Positions 52,915 through 64,000 of a DNA stretch of 64,000 bases are shown one piece after another. The notes below the pieces were generated by a model, which did not search any database, was not told the origin of the DNA, and was given only the letters and a program-made list of their open reading frames with translations. A program made the translations under genes and the position numbers. The DNA is from Eledone cirrhosa (Eukaryota), in assembly GCA_964016885.1 (NCBI GenBank), contig OZ024740.1, positions 302,870,001 to 302,934,000 on the forward strand, in the 5' to 3' direction. Every line of letters starts with the position of its first letter. Position 1 is the stretch's first letter.

Positions 52915-54143
52915 CTGGTGGATTGCAGAATCGGTAGAGCGTCGGACAATATGCTTTACGGCATGTAGTTACATCTCTTTGCGCTCTGAGTTTACATCCC
53001 ACGGGGGGGGGGGGGTCATAAAATAAGTACCAATAATGCAATTCTCCCACTGTTGGCCTTGTGTCTAAATCAGAAACAATCATTTCATTATTTAGGGTAT
53101 TGATCAGCATTTTGTAATTACTTATTTAGACATTAATGAGTTCATATTAGTTTTACAAAGTTGGATAAATTTAATGAGATTAGTTAGAAGGGCATATACG
53201 AAAAATATATTGCAGTCTCCATCTCATGCTGTAAAATCTGGCGATGGGCATGCGACCTCCCCTGATTATGGAACAGTACAAAAATCAAATAAGACATAGT
53301 TAAAGATTATTTACTTGAAGAAAAATTACATCTTCATGGAATCAATTATGAAAGCATTAAAAAATTTCACCATGCATTTTATATCAATTTTCTATCTTCA
53401 TTATATGTTGGTTAAAACTAGCAATGATTAAACATAATTTATTGTACAGATAGGTGACATATAGTTACCTGTGTAATCATACAATGAATTGAGATATATT
53501 CTAATTTGACACTTTAGTGCCCATAAACTGTATATTTGCCTTTGGAATGAAAGGTTTCAGGTGTGATCCTTAGATATGATGAGTACAACTATGTTTAAAA
53601 GTAATTGAAACAAGTATATTAAATTGTATCGGTAGAGGGTTGGACGCCATGCTTTGATGCAAAGAGTTACGGCCCTTGCCATTCTGAGTTCAAATCCCGC
53701 CGAGGTTAACTTTGCCTTTCATCCTTATGGGGTCGATAAAATAAAGTACCAGTAATGTACTTGGTAATTGCTGGCCTTGTGCCAAAAGTAGAAACAATTA
53801 AATTATAACAATTACAAGCTCTTTACAAGCTTAAGTATTTAAATATTAAGTTATTTCATAATTATATAAAATATATCATATCTTGCCATTTAGAAGTACT
53901 TTGAATTATATCTATTTAGAATGAGTCTAAACATGAAAGGAACTTTCAAAATTCTATATAGTTTATAGTATTGGGAGAGGGTCGGACACCATGCTTTGAC
54001 ATATAGAGTTACAGCCCTTGCCATTCTGAGTTCAAATCCCGCCGAGGTTAAATTTGCCTTTCATCCTTACGGGGTCGATAAAATAAAGTACCAGTAATGC
54101 ACTGGGTAATTGCTGGCCTTGTGCCTAACGTAGAAACAATTAT
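52915..54143 (+). mobile_element. Three + strand SINE copies (~52915-53080, 53626-53800, 53968-54143)
   Basis: Match to SINE consensus. Confidence 0.82.
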
Positions 54144-56064
54144 TACCAATACTTCTCCTTATGTAATAACAATAAATAAATCTAAAACTGAAAATAATAT
54201 TAAAACAAACTTTTCAAGCTATACTAGTCAAGTTGATATAGAAGTAAAATATGTATTAAAAATATGACAAAATATTATTGATAAAGAAATCTCAAACTAC
54301 GTTATGAAAGAAAATATTGATTTTTATGTCACAATCAGAATTCTGAAATTAACTGATCAACTTTTTAAAATCAAAATAGTACATATTGCATTTTGAGTTA
54401 GGAATTTATCACACCTGCATTTCTTTTTATTGGGTTAACAGGCAATTCTAAAAAGGATATTGATTGAATAACTTAAAACCAAATTCCATTAGCTTATTAC
54501 TGAAACAAAATCAATGAAAGAATAAATAATCTAATACAATGCACTGTGCTTGATACTTTCAAAAATATTTCAATTAGATCTTATTCTTGCATTAGAATTT
54601 AATAAGTAAAATCAAACTTTCTCATTCAATACGTGCAAATCTTAGTATTTAATGATAATATCAACTTGAGGTCATTGAGACGACTAAACGTATATGACAG
54701 TTGACAAATTACAATAATAATTCTTCATATTCGTATAAAGGAATAATTAGTGAAATTAAACTACTAAACAAGGGTATATGTTTTATCATTATAAAAGTAA
54801 TTAAATAAGTCATTGCTCTGATATTTCACTGGCTTTAATGAATCTTATTACAAGATATTGGCTATTTACAGACACTATAAGAAGCAGCTTCAGTGTCGGG
54901 AACAAACTTTTAATTCACTAGTAAATGAAAAGATTTCTATAGCACATATTTTTTCAAAATTTTTGAATGTGTTGAAATAATTATAACAATCTGAATTGTG
55001 ACACTCTTTGTGCAATAAACAATAGGATGGTAAAGATAAAATGTGCCTATGACATTGACGACAGATAAAAGAAGTAAGAATCATAAGGCATAAATAAGGA
55101 AATTCTACCATAAGTAGATACAATAGCAAGGTTAGGGACAAAACCTTGGTAACATAAAGTTTAATGAGAACTTTATTAGAATAGGGCTACATGATAAATA
55201 TTGCTGATAGGAAATATAAAGAGATTAGGGAAAGAAGATCCTATGAATGCAATTATAAACAGGGTATTTATGAATTTATTTCTAAAATTGGCACAAAACT
55301 ACAAAATTGTAGATGAGTGTGAAGTTTATTATGTAGATTTCATTTGTGCATATATTATCAACCTCAAAGTTCAGCACCAGTAGGATTTGAACTCATAATG
55401 TAACAACATAACTAATACTGCATCACATTTTACCCACTGCTCTACTGATTCTACCAAGCCTTCATGTTCTCGGTAATTATTATATTGAAAGTGGGACATA
55501 AGGTAACAAATATAGTAAACTCATATGCAACAATTGAACATTTTTGATTGGTCAAAATTGTAATATAATACTTCCTGCAACAATTCATTTTTTTTAGACA
55601 TTAAAAACATTATACATGACAAAAAGAAAATTACAGGAAATCTCATACCTTATAAAATAAGAAGGATGTGTCGCGGTCTCTAAATTACTAATTCTGGTTT
55701 CTAAAAAGTCAATGGAGCAGAGACAACTTAGAAAGATTACCAATTTCCCCCTACCCATCCCCCTATTATTTGGGACCCCAGAGTATGTATGTTTATATGT
55801 ATGTATATATGTATATATATATGTGTGTGTGTATGTATGTATCTATGCATGTATACATATGTATGTATTTGGGACCCCAGATTAAGTGTTAAATGTTCAT
55901 ACATATTCTTATACAGAAGTATATGTAACTGCTTCTTATTATGGTAATCTCAGATGTTTCTTTTAACATGAAAATTATGTACCTAAAATTTGAAGTTAAT
56001 CAATTATAACTATCTGGTCTGGCATATGTGTTAAACTGTTATTTGTTTGTTTTCTTACTTGCAG

Positions 56065-56211
56065 AAAAGCCGATGGTGGAAGCTACTTTCACTGGAGTTG
56101 AGTACTTGACATACGATCTTTCAGGCAGAGGTGATTCTTTTGTTAGCAGTAAAGATAAGCTGACAATGTACTTCAAAACGAGACATGCCAATGGACTATT
56201 GTTTTATACAG
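56065..56211 (+). CDS. NRXN: Neurexin-alpha internal exon, start of LNS2
   Basis: Acceptor tttcttacttgcag|, donor G|gtaaat, 147 nt, phase 1/1; joins the previous exon in frame as DFCQT-E-KPMVEATFTGVEYLTYDLS..SSKDKLTMYFKTRHANGLLFYTG, matching the neurexin LNS2 start (ATF.G.EY..YDL..SS.D.I.L.FKT...NGL..TG). Confidence 0.92.
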
Positions 56212-56336
56212 GTAAATAAAAATCATTTGTATTTGGAATAAATCATAACTGATTCAGTTATTACGTTTCTAATAAATCTCATAATCTACTAGCAAATTTC
56301 AAAGCAAGATGAAATTGTTATGTACAATAGAATGTA

Positions 56337-56399
<63 letters not shown>

Positions 56400-56578
56400 T
56401 GCTTTCAACTATTTTGCTTTTTTAGAAAGAAATCATACTTTTTCATACTGTATGACAACCCAGAGAGCTCATTAATACATTGTTATATATATATATATAT
56501 ATACATATATACATTCTATTGTACATAACAATTTCATCTTTCATACTGTTTGACAACCCAGAGAGCTCATTAATACAT

Positions 56579-56627
<49 letters not shown>

Positions 56628-57321
56628 TTCCGTGAAAAACCTATAATATTTTGATGGCCCAACTTCATGATCCGATCATGATGCAAGACTTAGGCGATTT
56701 CCTCTGGTTTTAATTGAAGAATTAGTTCCATCAGACAAGAGGATTACGGTGAACAAAAACAAAGAATAAAAAGTAGAAAATAGAAGACCCAATCAATTTG
56801 GGGATGATCTGCCAATTCTGTTGTTTTTAATGAATATTCAACTCCATTTCCGTTCCTGCACCACTCACAGGATACCACATCTACAATAGATGATTTGCAT
56901 AATGTCAGGTGCTTTAATTTATTGCATCATCATTTACTAACTGGAATCACCAGTTATATATATATATTCATCTCATTAGGTCAAATATTTAATTATTACA
57001 GATATATTTCTTTATGACAGTACAAAAATATCAATAAAGTTTAGTTTTGTTACATCCTGGAGATTTTTTGCCTATTCTTCAAGAATGAAACATTTTCAAT
57101 ACATATATCTATACTGTGTTTCAATTAGTCTGATCTTTGGTCTTCATTAAGGGTATTATTCCTGGATATGTACATAGTACTACAATAGATTCAAACTAGG
57201 AACCTTTACTTGTATCAGTGACATAATGTATTATAATGTTACAGCTCCTAGTTTAGCAATAAAGGTTCCTAACTTGAATTTAGTTAATTACTAAATGCAT
57301 ATATCCAAGGATAAGACATCT

Positions 57322-57730
57322 AATAATTGTTTCTACTTTTGGCACAAGGCCAGCTAATTACCCAGTGCATTACTGGTACTTTATTTTATCAACCCCGTAA
57401 GGATGAAAGGCAAAGTTAACCTCGGCGGGATTTGAACTCAGACCGTAACTCTATGCATCAAAGCATGGTGTCCGATGCTCTACCAATACTGCCAAATAAT
57501 GATGTAAATATTGGTTTCTGATTTAGGCACAAGGTCAACAATTTTGGGGCGTGGGGAAATTGATTAAATCGACTCCAGTTTATTACTGGTACATTATTTT
57601 ATTGACCCCGTAAGGATAAAAGGCAAAGCTAACCTTGACAGAATTTGAACTCACATCATAAAGGGGTGTAACTCTATGTCATAAAGCGTGCTGTCCAACT
57701 CTCTACTTATATTGCTAATCCACTGCCTTA
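57322..57730 (-). mobile_element. Two minus-strand SINE copies
   Basis: Reverse complement of SINE consensus. Confidence 0.85.
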
Positions 57731-58654
57731 ATAACGATGTAAATATTAATAGATGTTCCATCTCAAATACTCATCTCAACACTAACTCAATTCAGATATT
57801 CATATATCTAATCATTATATTATGGGGTCAATAAAATAAAGTACCAGTAATACACTGGGATAAAGTAGAAACAAAAAGTAGAAACAATTATATTATAATA
57901 GAAATTTGCAGTTTGCTTAAAGCATTGTGTATATTATATAATGTAGAAAGTGATATATTTAAGAAGGCCAAGACAATGTGAAATGGATTGTAAAATGAAG
58001 GCAACAATAAAGTTTGTTATCTGGTACTTATCCTTATCTTTTTATTTTTCGAGACTTAAAAATCTGTTCCTCAGAGTCTGGGGAACTCTCAGAGCATTGT
58101 ATTATGTTTAATCATTACATTATTAAAAATTGCTATTATAACATCTGTTATTGTTATTAGCAACCTATAAAGATATTTTGTGCTATCTGTATCCAAATGC
58201 TACTATATATATATATCTAGATGCTCTTATATATAATATTTTAGTTGATTTGGTCTAAAATTTTCCTCATCATATAATTTGTTATTTGATAGCTTTTAAA
58301 ACATTTATAGTGGAAGACCAACATTTTCATATATGCCACATTGTAGTTAAATGATAAAATATAATAGTTACAGAAAGACAGGTTGAATTGAAATCTGCAT
58401 ATTGAAACTACTGTAATTTGTTTACATTTTCTTCAATTAAATATGGAGAAAAATATTTCAGATTTCAAAGAAATATGAATATATATGTATATATATGAAT
58501 ATATATATATATGTGGTACATTCATAATACATCTGTCATTAGAAATATTAAATAAGTAGTACTAACATACAATATAAAGATTTTTCCTTATTTATTATTT
58601 ATCTCATTTCAACCCACCATTAAATCTGGCTTGAATAAAGCCATGTCTAGCTAC

Positions 58655-58686
<32 letters not shown>

Positions 58687-59959
58687 CTTCTTCTTCTTCT
58701 TCTTCTTCACCCATTTATTCCAGGGAGGGTCATGGGGACAATCCCTCAAACCCTCCTTCCAGTGGGTCCTGTCAGAAGCAACCATTTCCAACTGAGCCGG
58801 CTGGATCCCCAAGTGAGATCAGCCAAGCTCGTGGATGTTATCCAAACATCACTCTCGGCTTCTACCCTTGGGTCTCTTGCCAGTTGGTTTTGCCTATAAA
58901 ATATGTCCAGCAATTCTTTCCTGAGACATTCTAATCACATACCCAAAGTGCCAGAGCTGTGATCTCTCAATTCGGAGAGGCAGTGGCTGTATATGGTAAA
59001 TACAATAGAAATTAGATATCTAAGTTAATCAAATGAAATGTTTGTCTCAATCTGTTTAAAAGAAATTAAGTGCAGTGAGATATATCAGTATGACAAAATG
59101 TAATATTTATATTTATATTTAAAATGAAACATGTTCAATATTCATAACTATTGATAAATAAGTTATAGGTAAGAATTATTTAAATTATTAGTATACAATT
59201 ATCTATATTCCAGCAGAAATTTTCTAGGAAATTTAGTTATATAAAAATCTGCTAACTGAATAATTTTACACTTTTAAAAAGATTATTGATAGAAAAAAAA
59301 GATATAAATAACGAATTATGATATCAGAACTATTTTTCAAAATATGAGAAGAGTTTTAAGTTAGCAGTTTTATTTATGTACTGTTTTTTACTGTATTATT
59401 TTCATTTTGAAATTAACCAATGCATATATTATTTTATATCATTTTCTGGAAACTTTCTTCAATCATAAATATATCTAAATATATCCAACATGATATGCTT
59501 GATCTATTCTAATTGAGACACTGCATATATCTTTAGAAATACATTTTCATTGCAAGCAAAATCTCTGTGATGAACAGATATGCATATACCAATTACTGCT
59601 ATCTCTATATTATACTAATTTGAATTTGAGTCTATTTTAAAGATTTTATATCTTTATATTATTTTAATTTATATATGAACACATATATAGCAAAATCCAT
59701 TACTTACAGAATATATTCTTTATAATGTACATTATCTTATATCTAATACTTAATATTGATTATTTTATTTGAATAGGAACATTCTCGAAATTATTAGTAT
59801 ATATGTATATATCAATGGAATGCATCAATATCTTTTAATTCAAACCACAGAAATTTGTGTCTTACTAAAGAATATAATCCAAAATAATATTAAGTCTGAT
59901 ATGTGTATGTTGAGATGCATGAACAATGCAATATAAGTGAATTGAGAGAAAAACTAGCC

Positions 59960-60210
59960 ATAAAAGTAATTGAATGCCGTATGCAAAATAGAAGACAGTG
60001 ATGCTATGGGGATGCGATGCATATAGAAGATAAAGGTTGCATAATGAAGTGCAGAGAAATCTCAGTGGATGGGACATATGGAAGAAGTAGACCACAGAAG
60101 TCATGGGATGAAATAGTGAGGATCAGCCTTTGGAAGCTAAGTCTCACCACAAAGGTTTCATAGGACCATGAGGGTTGGCATCATACAGTTTTATTGAAAG
60201 CTCACCTACT
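59960..60210 (+). mobile_element. RTE-clade LINE 3' fragment
   Basis: CYGDAMH..KCREISVDG.YGRSRPQKSWDEIVR. Confidence 0.6.
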
Positions 60211-60731
60211 AGTTTAAAAATGTGAATGTGACCTGACTCATAAATGTAACCTCTCCCCCATCACTCCTTAGTAAATACTCTCACCATCACTGTACACTCC
60301 ACTCTATCCAGGATAACCACCTCCCCAACACAACACTTCTTAAAACCCAGCACACAAGTCATAGTACATTAAAAGCTATTCTCAATAACAATGTACCATC
60401 CAACTCTACACGAGATCACCAACCCCACCCCATCCACTTTACCTTCCTACATTACCATTTAAATCTCACCACACTTGTCATACACCTATGACACCATACA
60501 TGTTGTGACTTCTCTCTGCCATATATTGCCTCATACCCATTCCCCCAGCTAGAATCTGAATTACAATTCACTATATGTGATAAGTAATCTAGACATGGAC
60601 GTTACCTCAACCAAAGTAAAGTAAAATCATAAAAATTACAAAATATGCATCTGAGCAAAAAACAACAAAAAATAATAAAAATTACAATAGGTAATATTCA
60701 TATAAATATTAAAGATTTATATGTACATAGA

Positions 60732-60940
60732 TATGAGTGGGTGCTGAAAAGTTCTTGGCTTTGGGTAAAAGAAAATACAGGAGGATCAGTTAATTAGGAT
60801 TTTATTTAACATATTCCTCTCTAAGATTCACACACTTATTGCAGCAATCCTTCAGTTTTTCTAAGCCCTATAAAATGAACTTGGAAGGTTGTGCCTCCAA
60901 CCAGGCCTCTGTAGCAGGAACTTTTCAGCACCCACTCTTA
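60732..60940. mobile_element. Mariner-type MITE
   Basis: TA-flanked TIRs gagtgggtgctgaaaagttc / gaacttttcagcacccactc. Confidence 0.85.
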
Positions 60941-61098
60941 CATCCCCCCAAAAATATGATATAATTTGAAGGAGATTTGGCTGCTATTTCTGCTAAGTCA
61001 AAATACCATGTTGAAGCTCCATAGATTTTGTGCACCCTTACACCTTATTTTATTGTTATATATAACATATATAATACTTTACCAAGAGGTGAAGCACT

Positions 61099-61288
61099 AG
61101 TGGATTGGCAGTATCGGTAGAGGGTCATACGCCATGCTTTGCAGCTAAGAGTTACGGCCCTTTATGATCTGAGTTCAAATCCCGCCAAGGTTAACTTTGC
61201 CTTTCATCCTTACGGGATTGATAAAATAAAGTACCAGTAATACACTGGGATAATTGCTGGCCTTGTGCCAAAAGTAGAAACAATTATT
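61099..61288 (+). mobile_element. SINE
   Basis: Box A/B and core present. Confidence 0.85.
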
Positions 61289-61744
61289 ATATATGTTGTC
61301 AGTATAAAGGGCACCTCCTTTTTCTCTTTATCTTCTTATCTCACTTAGAGGTTCGTGGGGGGCAGAGTCATCAAACACTCTTTTCAGCAGGTACTGTCAG
61401 AAGCAACTGTCTCCAACTGATCCAGCTCGATCCCCAAGCGAGACCTGCCAAGATCACAGATGTTATCCAGCCATCTTGCTTGGAGTCTACCCCTGGGTCT
61501 CCTGTCGGTTGGTTTTATCCATAAAATCTGTCTAGCGATTCTTTCTTGAGACATTCCATTCTAGCCACGTGTACATAGTGTCAAATCTGTAATCCCTCAA
61601 TTTGAAGATTTAGGGACTCTATAAAGGACACCAAAATATAAATTTGGAATTTTAATTTTTTTTATTTTCCATGCTCAATAACAAACTCCAAATTCAAAAG
61701 CAGAGAAATCTGAATACTTTGAAGAGTTTACATATATATATATA

Positions 61745-62183
61745 CTAGCAGTGGTACCCGGCGTTGCACAGGATAAGGTATTTTGGAACGCGGGCCGCCA
61801 ACAGACCTAATCGTGGAAAAACTGCATGCCTGGACAATATGTAAAGAAAATAAACCGAATACTCTGATGGCTGGATAATCTTTAAGATTTTCCTCGATGA
61901 AGCAGGAAAAATGCAGGTTTTTACCTAGGGGATCAAGTAAATGATTTTTATTTATGTGCATAATATGCTTTGAAATTTCAGGAAAATTGGCTAGACATAA
62001 CGCCTCAAAAAACCCCTAAAAAGCTTAAAAACTGCAGTTTTTCACCTAATGCGGGCCCTAGGAGATCAAAATGTTGAATTTTGTTATGTGCATAACTCTC
62101 CCTGAAACATAAATAATACACATGTAAAGTTTGAAAAAAATCGGTTGGGTACTTCTCGAGTTTTAGGGATTCAAACTCACAGA

Positions 62184-62238
<55 letters not shown>

Positions 62239-62536
62239 CCTCAGGGAAGTTACGTAATGCAGACAGCCAGACATACAAAGAGATATTATAAGGGCGCGAC
62301 GTTATATGTATGTATCTATCTAAAAAGAGAAAGACTAAAGAGAGAGATCGCTAAAACGCCTAATGCGGTCCCTAGGGCATTGAAAATTTGAAAGTATTTT
62401 TTGCTCAGAACACTCCCTGAAACATAAATATTACATGTGTAAAATTTGAAAACAGTCGGTTAAGTGGTTCTCGAGATTTAGGGATTCAAACTCACACACA
62501 CACAGACAGACATCCTCAGTTTTATATAAATATACA
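61745..62536 (-). mobile_element. Non-autonomous Helitron
   Basis: actagcag..acccggcgttgc terminus like 6010; cagttttatataaatata other end; internal duplication ~62044-62244 / 62358-62519. Confidence 0.72.
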
Positions 62537-62974
62537 AGCATATCACATGTTAGGAGAGACAGAGAGAGAAAAGAGAATATAGATAGACAGACAGATCGAT
62601 CGATAGATAGATAGATATCATATGACTCAAAAAGATCTAAACATCTCTTATATACAAGATGGTCTTCTCAATTTTATGTAGATTTATAGATTTCAATGTT
62701 TCTGAAGAATTCCTCGGATCGAAAATATATATATATATCCTTTCTTTATTATTTTATTATTTCTTTGTTTTCCCATTGTTTTGCAACATGATTACTTGTA
62801 TATGGACTCATCTTCATATACTGGTATCTTACAAAATCTGTAGATATTCTTCAGTTGTCGAAACCTACACGAAGCTAATAAAATGTTATAAATTCTCCTA
62901 AACCCTCTGTTAAATTATTACTGAACACACACGCATTCACACAGATACACACATATATATGTATATGTTTGACG

Positions 62975-63160
62975 CAGGGATAAAAGAGTACTCAATACCG
63001 AGATAGAGTTTTAAATAGTGAGTCTTGTACTCTGGAGTTTCACCTGTTTATCACAGGGTCTTCAAAATTCTAGAAATTCTTGTCTGATGACCCTGTGATA
63101 AACAGGTGAAACTCTAGAATAACAAGACTCACTATTTAGCCATGATAAAATGAATATATA
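62975..63160. mobile_element. Family A HHR fold-back element; decayed relatives at ~290-392 and ~28540-28690
   Basis: Arms ~63012-63064 / 63085-63138; shared gagtactcaataccga..tagagtt and agtcttgtta..ctggag.ttcacctgttt sequences. Confidence 0.75.
63078..63127 (+). ncRNA. Type I hammerhead ribozyme (family A)
   Basis: ucuugu CUGAUGA c ccugu gauaa acagg u GAAA cucuagaa UA acaaga; 6-bp stem I, 5-bp stem II; inverted partial copy at 63022-63064. Confidence 0.8.
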
Positions 63161-63209
63161 TATATACATTCAATATATATATATATTATATATATATATA
63201 TATAGTATA

Positions 63210-63254
<45 letters not shown>

Positions 63255-63533
63255 TAAATCATGTCCTTAGAATTATTAGATAAAATATATACCATTTCCT
63301 CTTCCAATTAGCATAATTAACCATATAAAAAATCAATTAGACCAAGCTATAAGAAGAAAGGCTCTTATGAAGAAATCTCCGACAAATAACCGAAAGTGGC
63401 CTCTTCGCGGTGGCCCCAATAGAGTATTTATCCAACATTTCGACAGCATGTAGAAACTGACTAAATATACCATCAACCATACACAATTAGGTGTAAAATT
63501 AAACTTAGAAGAAATGTGTATATACCGTAATTA

Positions 63534-63600
63534 TATCTCTACCATGGTTTCATCCGTATTTTTAGACATCCAATTAAGAGTTATGATTCATCAGGAGACA
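63534..63600 (-). ncRNA. Type I hammerhead ribozyme
   Basis: Minus strand: ugucuc CUGAUGA auc[30 nt]gau GAAA ccaugg UA gagaua; 6-bp stem I, palindromic ACCAUGGU stem III. Confidence 0.8.
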
Positions 63601-64000
63601 AACTCAAAATCAGACATTTAGTTTTCCAACTTGATCGCGCCAAAATTAGATTAAAAAATGGCTAAGAATCGGTATGTGGCTGTGGTCAAGCTAGAAAGAA
63701 TGTGATTGGTTGCTTTCGGCGGGTAGGCTTGTTGCTAGAAAGCGCAACCAAATATCGCCAAATTGAATCTCAACCTAACGGGAGATTATTAAATATAAAG
63801 GTTTACATATACATAAAGTTATAGATATATATGCTGCACCGGTCACTTATATATATATATATATATAAATCAACTAATACCTTAACACTTCACACAAAGT
63901 AAAACATTTTGTTTTAATCATTTTCTAAACCAGAAAAAAGAGAGAGAGAAACAAAAAAGGAAAAAAATATTTTTTTCTTCTTCATAATCGTCTCTTTCTC

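Noticed and set aside
58040-58080. Minus-strand CUGAGGA-stem-GAAA
   Set aside because: No stem III, cleavage site or stem I; plausible by chance.
62702-62730. CUGAAGA..GAAA before (TA)n; similar weak motifs near 16166, 26044 and 52678
   Set aside because: Stems not convincing.
63960-64000. Pyrimidine tract at window end, possible next neurexin acceptor
   Set aside because: No AG or exon visible within the window.

Overview
AT-rich, microsatellite-rich animal genomic DNA; the tRNA-derived SINEs and repeat landscape look cephalopod (octopus-like, an inference). The only host gene seen is a + strand neurexin-alpha: a first coding exon (signal peptide, LNS1, EGF; CDS 19546-20266) spliced across a ~35.8 kb intron to a 147-nt exon (56065-56211, start of LNS2), continuing beyond the window. 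The rest is intronic and repeat-rich: about 20 copies of one SINE, three Helitron remnants, MITEs, and decayed R4/Dong, RTE, CR1-like, CRE and Penelope-like (GIY-YIG) retroelements. The most notable signal is non-coding: short elements sitting in (TA)n/(TG)n microsatellites, many arranged as near-perfect fold-backs or tandem copies, carry type I hammerhead ribozymes (HHRs) from several unrelated sequence families. At least six HHRs fold cleanly by hand, one family has a compensatory U3:A8 core, one element is a tandem retrozyme-like 468-nt repeat with an inverted end, and three families share a bulged hairpin (ACUC-UAC-loop-GUA-UU-GAGU) 3' of the ribozyme. All folding and alignment was by eye; repeat boundaries are approximate.
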